NCBI GenBank assembly: GCA_964519895.1
Contig: CAZFLE010000005.1
Span: 16,417-80,416, forward strand
DNA: 64,000 nt
Source of the DNA: an uncultured Enterobacterales bacterium
GTDB taxonomy: Bacteria; Myxococcota_A; UBA796; CAJQPC01
Direction of reading: 5' to 3'
Positions 53,698 to 62,439 of the stretch are shown here, piece after piece. Position 1 is the stretch's first letter; every line of letters begins with the position of its first letter. The position numbers were made by a program, and so were the translations under genes. The notes below the pieces were generated by a model. The model was not told where the DNA came from. It did no database searches and worked only from the letters and a program-made list of their open reading frames with translations.

Positions 53698-55035
53698 ATG
53701 CCGATCCGTGGAACGCCTCCGACCCCCAAGACCCGCGCCGCACGCCTGGCCCGGGCCCGCCAGCACATGCCCATGGGCGTGGCCGAGAACTACCGCTACT
53801 GGGGGCCCGACGAGACGGTCTTCATCCAGTCCATGCAGGGCTGCACCCTGACGGACTTCGACGGCCACAGCTGGGTGGACTTCCGGCTGGGCTATGGCCC
53901 GATCATCCTGGGCTACCGGGACCCCCGGGTCGACGCCGCGGTGGTCGAGACGATCGAGCAGCAGGGCACCGTCTGCGGCTTCTCGGGCGAGCTCGAGTGC
54001 GACGTGGTCGAGACCCTCAAGACCCTGTGTCCCCAGATCGAGAAGCTGCGCTTCGCCAACTCGGGCACCGAGGCCGTGATGGGCGCGGTCCGTGTGGCCA
54101 GAGGCTTCACCGGACGGGACCGGATCATCCAGGTCGAAGGCGGCTTCCACGGGCTCTACGACGAGATGATGTGGAAGTCCGACCTGGACGGCTGGGACGA
54201 GAGCGGTGGCGGCGAGCCACCGGTGGTGCCCTTTGGCGTAGGCATCCCCGCCGCATCCCGCGCCCTGTCCGAGTTCGTGCCGTTGAACGACGCCGCGGCG
54301 CTGGACGCGGCCTTCGTGCGGGGCCAGGGCAACATCGCCGCCGTGGTGCTGGAGCCGATCCAGGGCAACGCCGGCAGCATCGCCAGCACCGACGACTACA
54401 TCGCGCACCTTCGGGCCACCTGCGACCGCCACGGGGCCCTGTTGATCATGGACGAGGTCAAGACGGGCTTCCGTGTCGCCAAGGGCGGCGTCCAGGAGCT
54501 CTACGGGGTGCACGCCGACCTGACGACCTACGCCAAGGCGATGGGCAATGGCTACCCCATCGCCGCGTTTGGGGGCCGGGCCGACGTGATGGACGTGATC
54601 TCTGCCACCGGCGGGGTCGTGCACGGCGGCACCTACACCGCGAACCTGATCGGTCTGAGCGCTGCCCGGGCGACCCTGGACGTGCTGGCCACCACCGACG
54701 CGCTGGAGACCATCGATCGCGTGGGCGACGCGATCATGGACGTGCTGGGCCACGTCTTCGCCTTCTACGACCTGGAGCACCGCTTCGCTGGGCCCCCGTC
54801 GATGTTCGGGGTGCACCTGGGGGACCACGTGCCCCAGAACTACCGGGACTGGAAGAAGACCTGGTCCAAGCTCTACGAGCGCTTCGCCTGGGGGCTCATC
54901 CACCGGGGCGTGATGCTCGAGCCGGACTCACGGGAGCCGTGGTTCATCTGCGAGGCCCACCAAGACCTGGACCTGGGCTGGCTGGACCGGGTCGCCCGGC
55001 AGTCCCTCGAGGACGCACTCGCCGCCGAAGAGTGA
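53698..55035 (+). CDS. Class-III PLP aminotransferase, glutamate-1-semialdehyde aminomutase-like (445 aa)
   Basis: 'FANSGTEAVMGAVRVARGFTGR', 'VLEPIQGNAG', 'LIMDEVKTGFRV' and 'TYAKAMGNGYPIAAFGGR' (PLP Lys). Confidence 0.85.
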   Translation: MPIRGTPPTPKTRAARLARARQHMPMGVAENYRYWGPDETVFIQSMQGCTLTDFDGHSWVDFRLGYGPIILGYRDPRVDAAVVETIEQQGTVCGFSGELECDVVETLKTLCPQIEKLRFANSGTEAVMGAVRVARGFTGRDRIIQVEGGFHGLYDEMMWKSDLDGWDESGGGEPPVVPFGVGIPAASRALSEFVPLNDAAALDAAFVRGQGNIAAVVLEPIQGNAGSIASTDDYIAHLRATCDRHGALLIMDEVKTGFRVAKGGVQELYGVHADLTTYAKAMGNGYPIAAFGGRADVMDVISATGGVVHGGTYTANLIGLSAARATLDVLATTDALETIDRVGDAIMDVLGHVFAFYDLEHRFAGPPSMFGVHLGDHVPQNYRDWKKTWSKLYERFAWGLIHRGVMLEPDSREPWFICEAHQDLDLGWLDRVARQSLEDALAAEE

Positions 55036-55038
55036 GCG

Positions 55039-56280
55039 TCACTCCACCGCGGTGATGTCCAGGACGTACTCCCCAGCCCAGGGAAAGGTCACCGCCTTGA
55101 CCACCACCAGTACGCTCTCGCCTTCGGCCACGCCCTGCTGGACCGCCGCCTCGTCGACGTTCTTGTAGTCGCAGCCCAGCTCGGTGCCGCCACAGGCATC
55201 GAACACGCCCACCGCCAGGGTGCCCCCGTCGGGCGAGGTGGCCTGGAACTGCCAGGTGCCGGTGGACGGCGCGGTCCACGACCAGCCCACGTCGCCGGCC
55301 GCGTCCTCGAGGGCGCAGCTCAACAGGTGGTCCCCCTGGGCGTCGACGGTCGTGCCGGTGGCCACCCCGGCGCCTGTGGCGCTGCCCAGGTCGCCGTCGG
55401 TGCAGATGACACAGGCCGCGTCGTCGACGCAGTCCGGGTCCTCGCAGTCGGTGAGGCCGTCCTTGTCCTCGTCGCCGCCGTCGTCGCAAGTGCGCTCCAG
55501 GCCGCTGGTCTCCTGCTGGCCGGCGACCCGGATCTTGTAGTTGCCAGGCAGGTCGTAGTTGATCAGCTCTTCCCAGGCATAGGGCGCGGCGGTGGCGTTG
55601 GACCAGTAGTTGGACGCGTCGGCGGTGGTGCTGGCACAGGTCATCACGCAGCCCACACCCTGGGGGGTTCCGGCCAGCTCCACGGCCACGAAGAGCACCT
55701 CGCCCTGAGCCACGGTCACCGGTGCGTCCAGGGTGTGGCTGAAGTCTCGACTGGCGCCGGGGCCAAAGGCCGCGCTGGCAGGCACGTCGAGGGTGTCCAA
55801 CAGTGCCGGCGACGCGTCGGGGGTTCCGTCGGCCTGGGCCCACAGCTCGACCCGGTGGGCGAGCGAGTCGTCGCAGGCCGCGTCGGCCTCGGCGGTCGCC
55901 AATACGTAGGACACGGACTCGACCTTGAAGTCCCCGTCGGCCGGCACGAGCTTGGCCGCGCCCAGGTGTCCCCACTCCGAGCGGCCCGGGTAGACCGGGT
56001 TGTCGATGAAGCAGTCCTCGAGGTCGTTGCGCAGGCTCCAGGGCTCCCAGCGCTCGGCGACGGCCGTGCCGCCGGAGTCGGTGGTCGTGCCGGAGTCCGA
56101 CGTGCCGCCGGAGTCGGTCGTGTTCGTCGTGGCGCCGGAGTCGGTTGCGCTGGTCGTGGCGCCGGTGTCGGTGCCGCCGGTGGTCTGAGTCGTGCCGGTG
56201 GTCGGCTCGGTGGCACTGTCGCTCGTGCCGGTGTCGTCGCCACAGCCGCTCAGCACCAGGGGGATCCAGAGGGCGAGCAT
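55039..56280 (-). CDS. Hypothetical lipoprotein (413 aa) with a Thr/Ser/Gly/Asp linker
   Basis: 'MLALWIPLVLSGC' with an in-frame TAG 12 codons upstream and no alternative start. 'GDDTGTSDSATEPTTGTTQTTGGTDTG..' linker and a Cys-rich C-terminal part. Confidence 0.7.
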   Translation of the reverse strand: MLALWIPLVLSGCGDDTGTSDSATEPTTGTTQTTGGTDTGATTSATDSGATTNTTDSGGTSDSGTTTDSGGTAVAERWEPWSLRNDLEDCFIDNPVYPGRSEWGHLGAAKLVPADGDFKVESVSYVLATAEADAACDDSLAHRVELWAQADGTPDASPALLDTLDVPASAAFGPGASRDFSHTLDAPVTVAQGEVLFVAVELAGTPQGVGCVMTCASTTADASNYWSNATAAPYAWEELINYDLPGNYKIRVAGQQETSGLERTCDDGGDEDKDGLTDCEDPDCVDDAACVICTDGDLGSATGAGVATGTTVDAQGDHLLSCALEDAAGDVGWSWTAPSTGTWQFQATSPDGGTLAVGVFDACGGTELGCDYKNVDEAAVQQGVAEGESVLVVVKAVTFPWAGEYVLDITAVE

Positions 56281-56308
56281 CGGGCGACTCCAGGCGGGTG
56301 AGGCCTGG

Positions 56309-56316
56309 GGACTCTA
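56309..56316 (-). promoter_or_regulatory. TAGAGTCC motif upstream of the 56280 gene
   Basis: The minus strand reads 'TGTAGAGTCCCCAGGCC..' and its TAG is the PLD stop codon. The hexamer ends 30 nt before ATG 56280. Confidence 0.25.
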
Positions 56317-57837
56317 CATGCTGCCTTCGAGCTGGCGCAGGAGCAGGACCTCCATCGCCTTCTTGTCATAGCGGGGGTCGTTCCAGGGCAGCACCCGCTC
56401 CTGGGGCTTGGGCAAGCTGAGGGGATCGGCCCAGGCGTCGGCCTGTTCGGGGGTGATGCGGGCGGTCATGCGCAGGTCCTTGGTGCGCACGTATGTGGCC
56501 AGCTCCAGGGCCAGCGGGGGGTGCTCGATGAGCACCACGTCCTCGGAGTTCAGGGCCAGGCTGCGGGCGTCCAGGTTGTAGGAGCCCACGATGGCCGCCG
56601 TGTCGTCGAACACCGCCACCTTGCTGTGCACGGTGCCCTCGCCGAAGCGCTCGCCGTGCCACTCGTAGAGCTCGACGCCGCCGCCGATAAGCTCGCGGTA
56701 GTGCAGCCGGGCGACGGTGGTGATCATCGGGATGTCGTTGGTCTCGGGGCTGTTGGTGATCACCTGGACCCGGACACCCCGCGCCGCCGCGTCGACCAGT
56801 GCCCGGCGCAGGTCCGGGGTGGGCACGAAGTAGGCGTTCTCGATCAGCACGCTGTCCTGGGCCTGGGCGATCAGGGCCAGGTAGAGGTCCTGGATGTGGC
56901 GCTCGTCTTCGCGGGGGCGGCTGCGCACCAGCTGGACCGGGACGTCCTGGTGGCTCTCGCTGGGGACCGGCGTGCCGTCGCAGACCGCGTCCTCGCTGCC
57001 TTCGCCCCCGCGCAGCCAGCGGCGGACCTGGCGCCCGAGCCGCATGGACTTGCGGACCAGCTTCACGGCCGGGTTGGCCTTGTGCCAGAGATCCCAGTAG
57101 GCATCGGGGTTCACGAAGCCGGGCTTGGCCTCCTTGACCGCCTTGAACCAGCGGTGGTTGTCCAAGAAGACCTGCTCCACGTCGTTGACCACCGGGCCCT
57201 CGAGCAGCACGTCCTGGTCCCGCCAGATCAGCAGCGGATCGTCGGTGCAGCGGGCGTACTCGTCGGCGATGTTCATGCCGCCCACGATGGCCGCCCGGCC
57301 GTCCACCACCATGTACTTCTCGTGGTGGCGCTTGTTGGCAGCAAGCCAGTCCTTGAGGTTCACCTCGTTGAGCACCTGGAGGTAGAAGGCCTCAAAACCC
57401 TCGACGTCGATGCCGGCGTTCTGCAGGTCGAAGTACATCAGCTGCGCTTCGGTGTCCTGGACGTTGGCATAGGCGTCAACGATCACCCGGATGTCCAGGT
57501 CCGGATCGTCGTGCTTGCGCCGCATCAGCGCGTGGGCCAGGGCCCGGCCCGTGCTGTCGGCCTTCCAGATCAGCGCCTGGATGTAGATCGACTCCTGGGC
57601 CCCCAGCACCAGGTCCAGCCGCTCCTGGAACGCGGCTTCGCCATTGGTCAGCAGCCGCGCCTGGTTGCCCAGACGGACTGGCGGCGTGCTGAGCCGCTGA
57701 CTGGCGAGGGAGGCTTCGGGCGGCGCCAGGCCCAGGCCGTCGACGGTGCCGCTGAGGGACGGCAGCTCACAGGAGCAACCGAGCACCAGGAGCAGGCTGA
57801 GCAGACCGACCATCAGCCCGATGTAGCTCTTTTCCAT
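56314..57837 (-). CDS. Phospholipase D / cardiolipin-synthase-family lipoprotein with two HKD motifs (507 aa)
   Basis: ATG 57837 'MEKSYIGLMVGLLSLLLVLGC', 'HHEKYMVVDGRAAIVGGMNIADEY' and 'HSKVAVFDDTAAIVGSYNLDARS'. Confidence 0.88.
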   Translation of the reverse strand: MEKSYIGLMVGLLSLLLVLGCSCELPSLSGTVDGLGLAPPEASLASQRLSTPPVRLGNQARLLTNGEAAFQERLDLVLGAQESIYIQALIWKADSTGRALAHALMRRKHDDPDLDIRVIVDAYANVQDTEAQLMYFDLQNAGIDVEGFEAFYLQVLNEVNLKDWLAANKRHHEKYMVVDGRAAIVGGMNIADEYARCTDDPLLIWRDQDVLLEGPVVNDVEQVFLDNHRWFKAVKEAKPGFVNPDAYWDLWHKANPAVKLVRKSMRLGRQVRRWLRGGEGSEDAVCDGTPVPSESHQDVPVQLVRSRPREDERHIQDLYLALIAQAQDSVLIENAYFVPTPDLRRALVDAAARGVRVQVITNSPETNDIPMITTVARLHYRELIGGGVELYEWHGERFGEGTVHSKVAVFDDTAAIVGSYNLDARSLALNSEDVVLIEHPPLALELATYVRTKDLRMTARITPEQADAWADPLSLPKPQERVLPWNDPRYDKKAMEVLLLRQLEGSM

Positions 57838-57949
57838 CGCCGGCGCCGCGCAAGCCAAGCCGGGATCATGACCACGAGACAGAACGGCCCGAACCCGTTG
57901 CCCAAGCTCGCGACGCTAATGCTTAACAAAAGGTTCCTGACCCCTGTTC

Positions 57950-59110
57950 CTACGGACCCCAGCCCACGGTGTCGGTGACGCTGCCGCCCCAGCACTTCAG
58001 CTCGTGCTCGGACGTGATGCCACAGGTCGACTCCCAGCCCGCTTCGACGATGAGCCAGGTCTGAGCTTCGTCCAGGGTGGGCGCGTCTTGCTGGCCCGAG
58101 CCGTTGTAGCCCCAGCAGTCCACGCCGCCGTCTCGACGGATGGCGCAGCCGTGGTTCACGCCCACCGAGACCCGGGAGTAGTCCGGGCCGGTCGGCGGCT
58201 GTGCGGTGGGAGCGAACTCGAAGTCGTCGCCCCAGCAGGTCAGGGTGCCGTCGGTCTTGACCCCGCAGGTCTTGCCGTCGCCGGTGGCGATCTGGCTCAG
58301 GTTCTTGAGCGTCTCGGGCGGGCTCACACCCCAGCAGTAGGGGGCACCGCTGTCCAACAGGCAGGTGTCGCGACTGCCCGCCGTCATGTCCCCGACGGGC
58401 CCGCCGAGGGGGGTGGCCACGTAGTCCGGACCACCGCTGCCGCCCCAGCACTGGATGTCGCTCACGCTGTCCAGGGCACAGGCGTGGTCCAGGCCCGCCT
58501 CGACCCGGGCAAAGCTGCCCGTCGGGGTGTTCGCCGGCACCAGGGACCCGAAGCAGGTGAGCGCCCCGCTGGTGTTCAGGTGACAGGCGAAGCCATCGCC
58601 CACGCCCACGTCGGCGTAGGCGCCGCTGAAGCCGGAGCTGTTGAGGTCCCGCCCCCAGCATTCCAAGACCTGGTCGCGGTCGATCCAGCAGGCGTCGGCG
58701 TAGCCCAGGGACAAGACGGGAACCTCGCCCAGGCCGGGGTCTCCGGTGTCCCCTGGCGGGTCGGCGTCCTGGGTGTCCTGGGTGTCGGTGGTGGTGCCGG
58801 TGACCTGGGTGTCTCCGGCGTCCGTGTCCGTGCCGCTTTCTCCGGTGTCGATGTCCGGGGTGCCGGTGTCCGGGTCTGGCTCACTAGCGCAGACCCCGCC
58901 TTCATCGGCCTGGAGATCGCAGTCGTTGTCGACGCCGTCGCAGGTCTCGACGTTGCCCGGCCAGCGCGCCGGATCCGAGTCGTCGCAGTCGGCTTCGGCG
59001 TGCACGCCGTCGTCATCCCAGTCGTCCCAGTAGTCGGACACGCAGGCGGCGAGCGCGAGCAGGAGCACGGTGGGCACAGCGGGAGCCTCCTGCCGCCTCC
59101 ATCGGATCAA
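57950..59110 (-). CDS. Lipoprotein with a MopE-type metal-binding motif and RCC1-like propeller repeats (386 aa)
   Basis: 'MIRWRRQEAPAVPTVLLLALAAC', 'ADCDDSDPARWPGNVETCDGVDNDCD', and repeated '..C.L...G...CWG' units. Confidence 0.75.
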   Translation of the reverse strand: MIRWRRQEAPAVPTVLLLALAACVSDYWDDWDDDGVHAEADCDDSDPARWPGNVETCDGVDNDCDLQADEGGVCASEPDPDTGTPDIDTGESGTDTDAGDTQVTGTTTDTQDTQDADPPGDTGDPGLGEVPVLSLGYADACWIDRDQVLECWGRDLNSSGFSGAYADVGVGDGFACHLNTSGALTCFGSLVPANTPTGSFARVEAGLDHACALDSVSDIQCWGGSGGPDYVATPLGGPVGDMTAGSRDTCLLDSGAPYCWGVSPPETLKNLSQIATGDGKTCGVKTDGTLTCWGDDFEFAPTAQPPTGPDYSRVSVGVNHGCAIRRDGGVDCWGYNGSGQQDAPTLDEAQTWLIVEAGWESTCGITSEHELKCWGGSVTDTVGWGP

Positions 59111-59166
59111 GCCCGGCCCGGCTCAATCACCCAGGGGGTCGTGGCTGGCGCATTGGCTCAGAGCAC

Positions 59167-59197
59167 GGAGAGCCCCTGAACGCGGCGTCGACCCGGG
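59167..59197. repeat. Possible degenerate solo fragment of the palindromic element family
   Basis: 'GGAGAGCCCCTGAACGCGGCGTCGACCCGGG' resembles GGAGAGGGGCTGAACGCG (39138-39155) and GCGGCGTTCGACCCGG (15704-15719, one deletion). No clear partner arm. Confidence 0.3.
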
Positions 59198-59215
59198 CCC
59201 GTGCCGCCGGTCAGC

Positions 59216-60736
59216 TCAGTAGCAAGCCGTCGCGTCGCAGGTGAAGCTGGCGCCGTCCCCGTGGTCCGCCGTGCTCGACGACTGGTACAGGTACAGGTCT
59301 TCGGGGCGGTTGGCGCTCGCCCCGTCCCAGTCGGAGTCCACGCTCTCCAGGGTCGCGCCCGACGACAGCCAACCGCCGCCGCCGCTGGACGCCGCGTTGC
59401 CCGTGACCGACCCATCGTCGACCGAGACCGCGCCGGCGTAGACAAAGAATCCGCCGCCCTGGGACGCGGCGGTGTTGTCGTCGACCGCGCACTCGCCCAG
59501 CGTCGCGTCCGCGGCCCAGAGCATCAGACCGCCGCCCGAGTCGCCGGCGTTGTTGTCCGCAATGCTGCCGCCCTGAACCGACAGGTCCCCCGCGTAGAGG
59601 TAGACCCCGCCGCCATGGGACCCGGCGCTGTTGTGCTCGACGACCAGCCCGGTGCCCGTGGCCGCCACGCTGCTCGAGAGCATCAGGCCGCCGCCGCTGC
59701 CCCCGGCGTCGTTGCCGTGCACGGTCAGGTCGCTGAAGTCCAGATCACCCGCGTAGAGGTAGAGCCCGCCCCCGTCGGCCGACGCCGAGTTCCCGTGGAG
59801 CACCACATCGCTGAGCGTCGCCAGGTGGGTCGCGTAGAACAGCATCCCGCCGCCGGCGGCCGCACTGTTCCGGGCCAGCCGCGCATCGCTCACGCTCACG
59901 CTCGTGGTGGCGTAGGCGTAGAGCCCGCCCCCATAGACCGTCGCCGCGTTGTCCAGGAACCGTGCCCCGTCCACCGAGACGACACCCGACGCCCAGAAGA
60001 AGGCCCCACCGCCCGACGCCGCGCTGTTGTCCTGGAACAACAGATCGCTGGCCGTCACCACCGACATGCCGGCGTAGAGGCCCCCGCCATAGGTCGAAGC
60101 GGCGTTGTCCCGGAACCGGACCCGGCGGGCGTCGAGCGTGCCCGAGCTGAGGAACAGCCCCGCACCCGACGCCGCCGCGTTGTCCTGGAGCGTCACACCC
60201 ACCAGGGTCAGCTCACCGCCCAGCGGGGCCGAGATGCCACCGCCATAGGTGCTGTCCCCCCCGGAGATCACCAGACGTCGCAGGCTCAGCTCGGTCGCCG
60301 CGGCCAGGGTCACCACCGCATCGGCGCCGCCACCGTCGAGCACGACCGGCTCGCCGGCAGCCCCCACGATGCGCAGCGCCGCCGTGTCCACGGTCAGGTT
60401 CGTGTACCAGGTGCCTTCGCAGAAGCGCAGAGCCCCGTCGGCGTCGGCGGTGTGCGCCACCGGCGCCGACTCGGTGCCCCCAGAGAACGTCGACGTGACG
60501 TCGGTCCACTTGCCCCCATCAGGACGGAAGCCCACGGTGCCCGGGTCGTCCCGGACCCCGTCGCAGTCGTTGTCGAAGCCGTTGCAGATCTCGGTGGCAC
60601 CGGGGTGCACCGACGCCCGGCTGTCGTCGCAGTCGTCGCCGCCGGCAGCCAGCGCGTCGTGGCCGTCGCCGTCGGCATCGAGGCCCGCCAGGGCCAAGGG
60701 CAGCAGGACCAGCCAGGTCATGGTCGCACCGGGCAA
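59216..60736 (-). CDS. Secreted right-handed beta-helix repeat protein (Pmp-like 'GGG[LM]' repeats) with a MopE-type motif (506 aa)
   Basis: 'MTWLVLLPLALAG', 'DADGDGHDALAAGGDDCDDSRASVHPGATEICNGFDNDCDG', and about 12 repeats of '..N.A...GGGLY[LA]..'. Confidence 0.75.
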   Translation of the reverse strand: MPGATMTWLVLLPLALAGLDADGDGHDALAAGGDDCDDSRASVHPGATEICNGFDNDCDGVRDDPGTVGFRPDGGKWTDVTSTFSGGTESAPVAHTADADGALRFCEGTWYTNLTVDTAALRIVGAAGEPVVLDGGGADAVVTLAAATELSLRRLVISGGDSTYGGGISAPLGGELTLVGVTLQDNAAASGAGLFLSSGTLDARRVRFRDNAASTYGGGLYAGMSVVTASDLLFQDNSAASGGGAFFWASGVVSVDGARFLDNAATVYGGGLYAYATTSVSVSDARLARNSAAAGGGMLFYATHLATLSDVVLHGNSASADGGGLYLYAGDLDFSDLTVHGNDAGGSGGGLMLSSSVAATGTGLVVEHNSAGSHGGGVYLYAGDLSVQGGSIADNNAGDSGGGLMLWAADATLGECAVDDNTAASQGGGFFVYAGAVSVDDGSVTGNAASSGGGGWLSSGATLESVDSDWDGASANRPEDLYLYQSSSTADHGDGASFTCDATACY

Positions 60737-60782
60737 GGAAGGCCCAGCCTACCACCCGATGGTGCCCCTCCCAGGCCTCGCC

Positions 60783-62402
60783 TCAGCCCCCCCGAATCAA
60801 CTCCGCCGCCCGCTCCCCGATCATGATGCTGGGCGCGTTTGTGTTGCCCCCGGTGACCGTGGGCATGATGCTCGCGTCGGCCACCCGCAGGCCCTCGAGC
60901 CCCCGCACGCGCAGGTCCGGTCCGACCACCGCCCGCTCGTCGCTGCCCATCCGGCACGTGCCCACCGGGTGGTACACGGTCGCCACCCGGTTGGGCAGCT
61001 CCCGGGCCATGGCCTGGCGGTCCTGGAACTTGGGGCCGGGCTCGAACTCACCGTCGAGCGTGGGCGCGATGCCCTTGGAGCCCATGATCTCCCGGCACAG
61101 GTCGATGCCGTCGAGCAGATGGGCCACGTCGTCCGGCTCCTCCAGGAAGTGGGGATCGATGTGGGGCTTGTCGCTCGGGTCGGCCGACCGCAGCAGGACC
61201 TCGCCCCGGCTCTTGGGGTAGATCAGCGTGGGCTCGACGGTCAGGGCCCCCCGTAGATCGACCTTGGGGATCTCCTCGTCGTTGTCCCGGTTCGGGGCCG
61301 GATACGACCAGGGCAGGGTGTGGATCTGCAGGTTCGGGATGCGCTCGGACGGCGACGTCTTGAGCCACGCCATGGTCTCGAAGACCGTGCGGCTGAACCA
61401 CGTCGAGCCCGGCTTCCACTTCTCCCGCAGGATCGCCTTGAGGAAGTGCCAACCGGTGCCCGTGTGGCCCGAGTTCGGCGCCAGGAAGACCAGGGGCACG
61501 AAGAGGTGGTCGTGCAGGTTCTGGCCGACCGGCAGGTCCTGGACCACGTCGATGCCGTGCTCCCCCAGGTGGGCGGCGGGCCCCACCCCGGAGAGCATCA
61601 GGATCTGGGGAGACCCGATGGCCCCGCCGGACAGCACGACCTCGCGGTCCGCCCGCAGGGTGCGGAGCTCGCTGCCCACGGCCACCTCGACGCCCACCGC
61701 CCGGGTGCCTTCGAACAGCACCCGCCGGCACTGCGCGCCCGAGAGCACGTCCAGGTTCGCTCGGTCCAGGTGGGGGTGCAGGTAGCCCTCGCTGGTCGAG
61801 TAGCGGAGGCCGTCCTTGGCGTTGACCTGGACCCGACCCACGCCCTCCTGCTCGAACCCGTTGTAGTCGTCGGTCCAAGGCACCCCGGTGACCTGCTGAC
61901 AGGCCTCGCCAAAAGCCACCGACGCCGGGCTGATCTCCACGTCGGTCCGCACCACGTGGATGGGCCCCGAGCCGCCCCGGTGCTCGCTCTCGCCGTCTTC
62001 GAAGGACTCCATGCGCTTGAAGGACGGCAGCACGTCGGCGTAGGACCAGCCGGGACATCCATCCGCGGCCCAGTCGTCGAAGTTCTGCCGGTGGCCCCGC
62101 ACGAACACCATGCCGTTGACCGCGCTCGAGCCACCCAGCACCTTGCCGCGCACGTACGGGATCTTCCGCTCGAGGGTGTGGGCGTTCGGCGTGGTCTTGA
62201 AGCCCCAGTCGAGCTTCTTCTTGAGCTGGGGCACCACGTGCAGGATGGACATCATGCCCGGGGTCCGGCACAGCATGGTCCGGTCCGAGCCCCCGGCTTC
62301 GACCAGCAGGACCGAGACGTCGGGGTCCTCGCTCAGCCGGCTGGCGATGACGCAGCCGGCCGAGCCGGCACCGACGATGACGTAGTCGTGAGAAGTGCGC
62401 AC
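60783..62402 (-). CDS. GMC family FAD oxidoreductase, second paralog (539 aa)
   Basis: GTG 62402 '(M)RTSHDYVIVGAGSAGCVIASRLSED', '[18 protein letters not shown]', 'HPVGTCRMG' and 'VADASIMPTVTGGNTNAPSIMIGERAAELI'. The track start 62495 overlaps the upstream gene. Confidence 0.85.
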   Translation of the reverse strand: MRTSHDYVIVGAGSAGCVIASRLSEDPDVSVLLVEAGGSDRTMLCRTPGMMSILHVVPQLKKKLDWGFKTTPNAHTLERKIPYVRGKVLGGSSAVNGMVFVRGHRQNFDDWAADGCPGWSYADVLPSFKRMESFEDGESEHRGGSGPIHVVRTDVEISPASVAFGEACQQVTGVPWTDDYNGFEQEGVGRVQVNAKDGLRYSTSEGYLHPHLDRANLDVLSGAQCRRVLFEGTRAVGVEVAVGSELRTLRADREVVLSGGAIGSPQILMLSGVGPAAHLGEHGIDVVQDLPVGQNLHDHLFVPLVFLAPNSGHTGTGWHFLKAILREKWKPGSTWFSRTVFETMAWLKTSPSERIPNLQIHTLPWSYPAPNRDNDEEIPKVDLRGALTVEPTLIYPKSRGEVLLRSADPSDKPHIDPHFLEEPDDVAHLLDGIDLCREIMGSKGIAPTLDGEFEPGPKFQDRQAMARELPNRVATVYHPVGTCRMGSDERAVVGPDLRVRGLEGLRVADASIMPTVTGGNTNAPSIMIGERAAELIRGG

Positions 62403-62410
62403 GACAGAAG

Positions 62411-62424
62411 TAGAACACGTTCTA
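62411..62424. promoter_or_regulatory. Palindrome TAGAAC-AC-GTTCTA immediately upstream of the GMC start
   Basis: 6-bp perfect arms in the 37-bp AT-richer spacer (62403-62439), 9-22 nt from GTG 62402. Confidence 0.25.
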
Positions 62425-62439
62425 GTTCTCAGCGCACCC

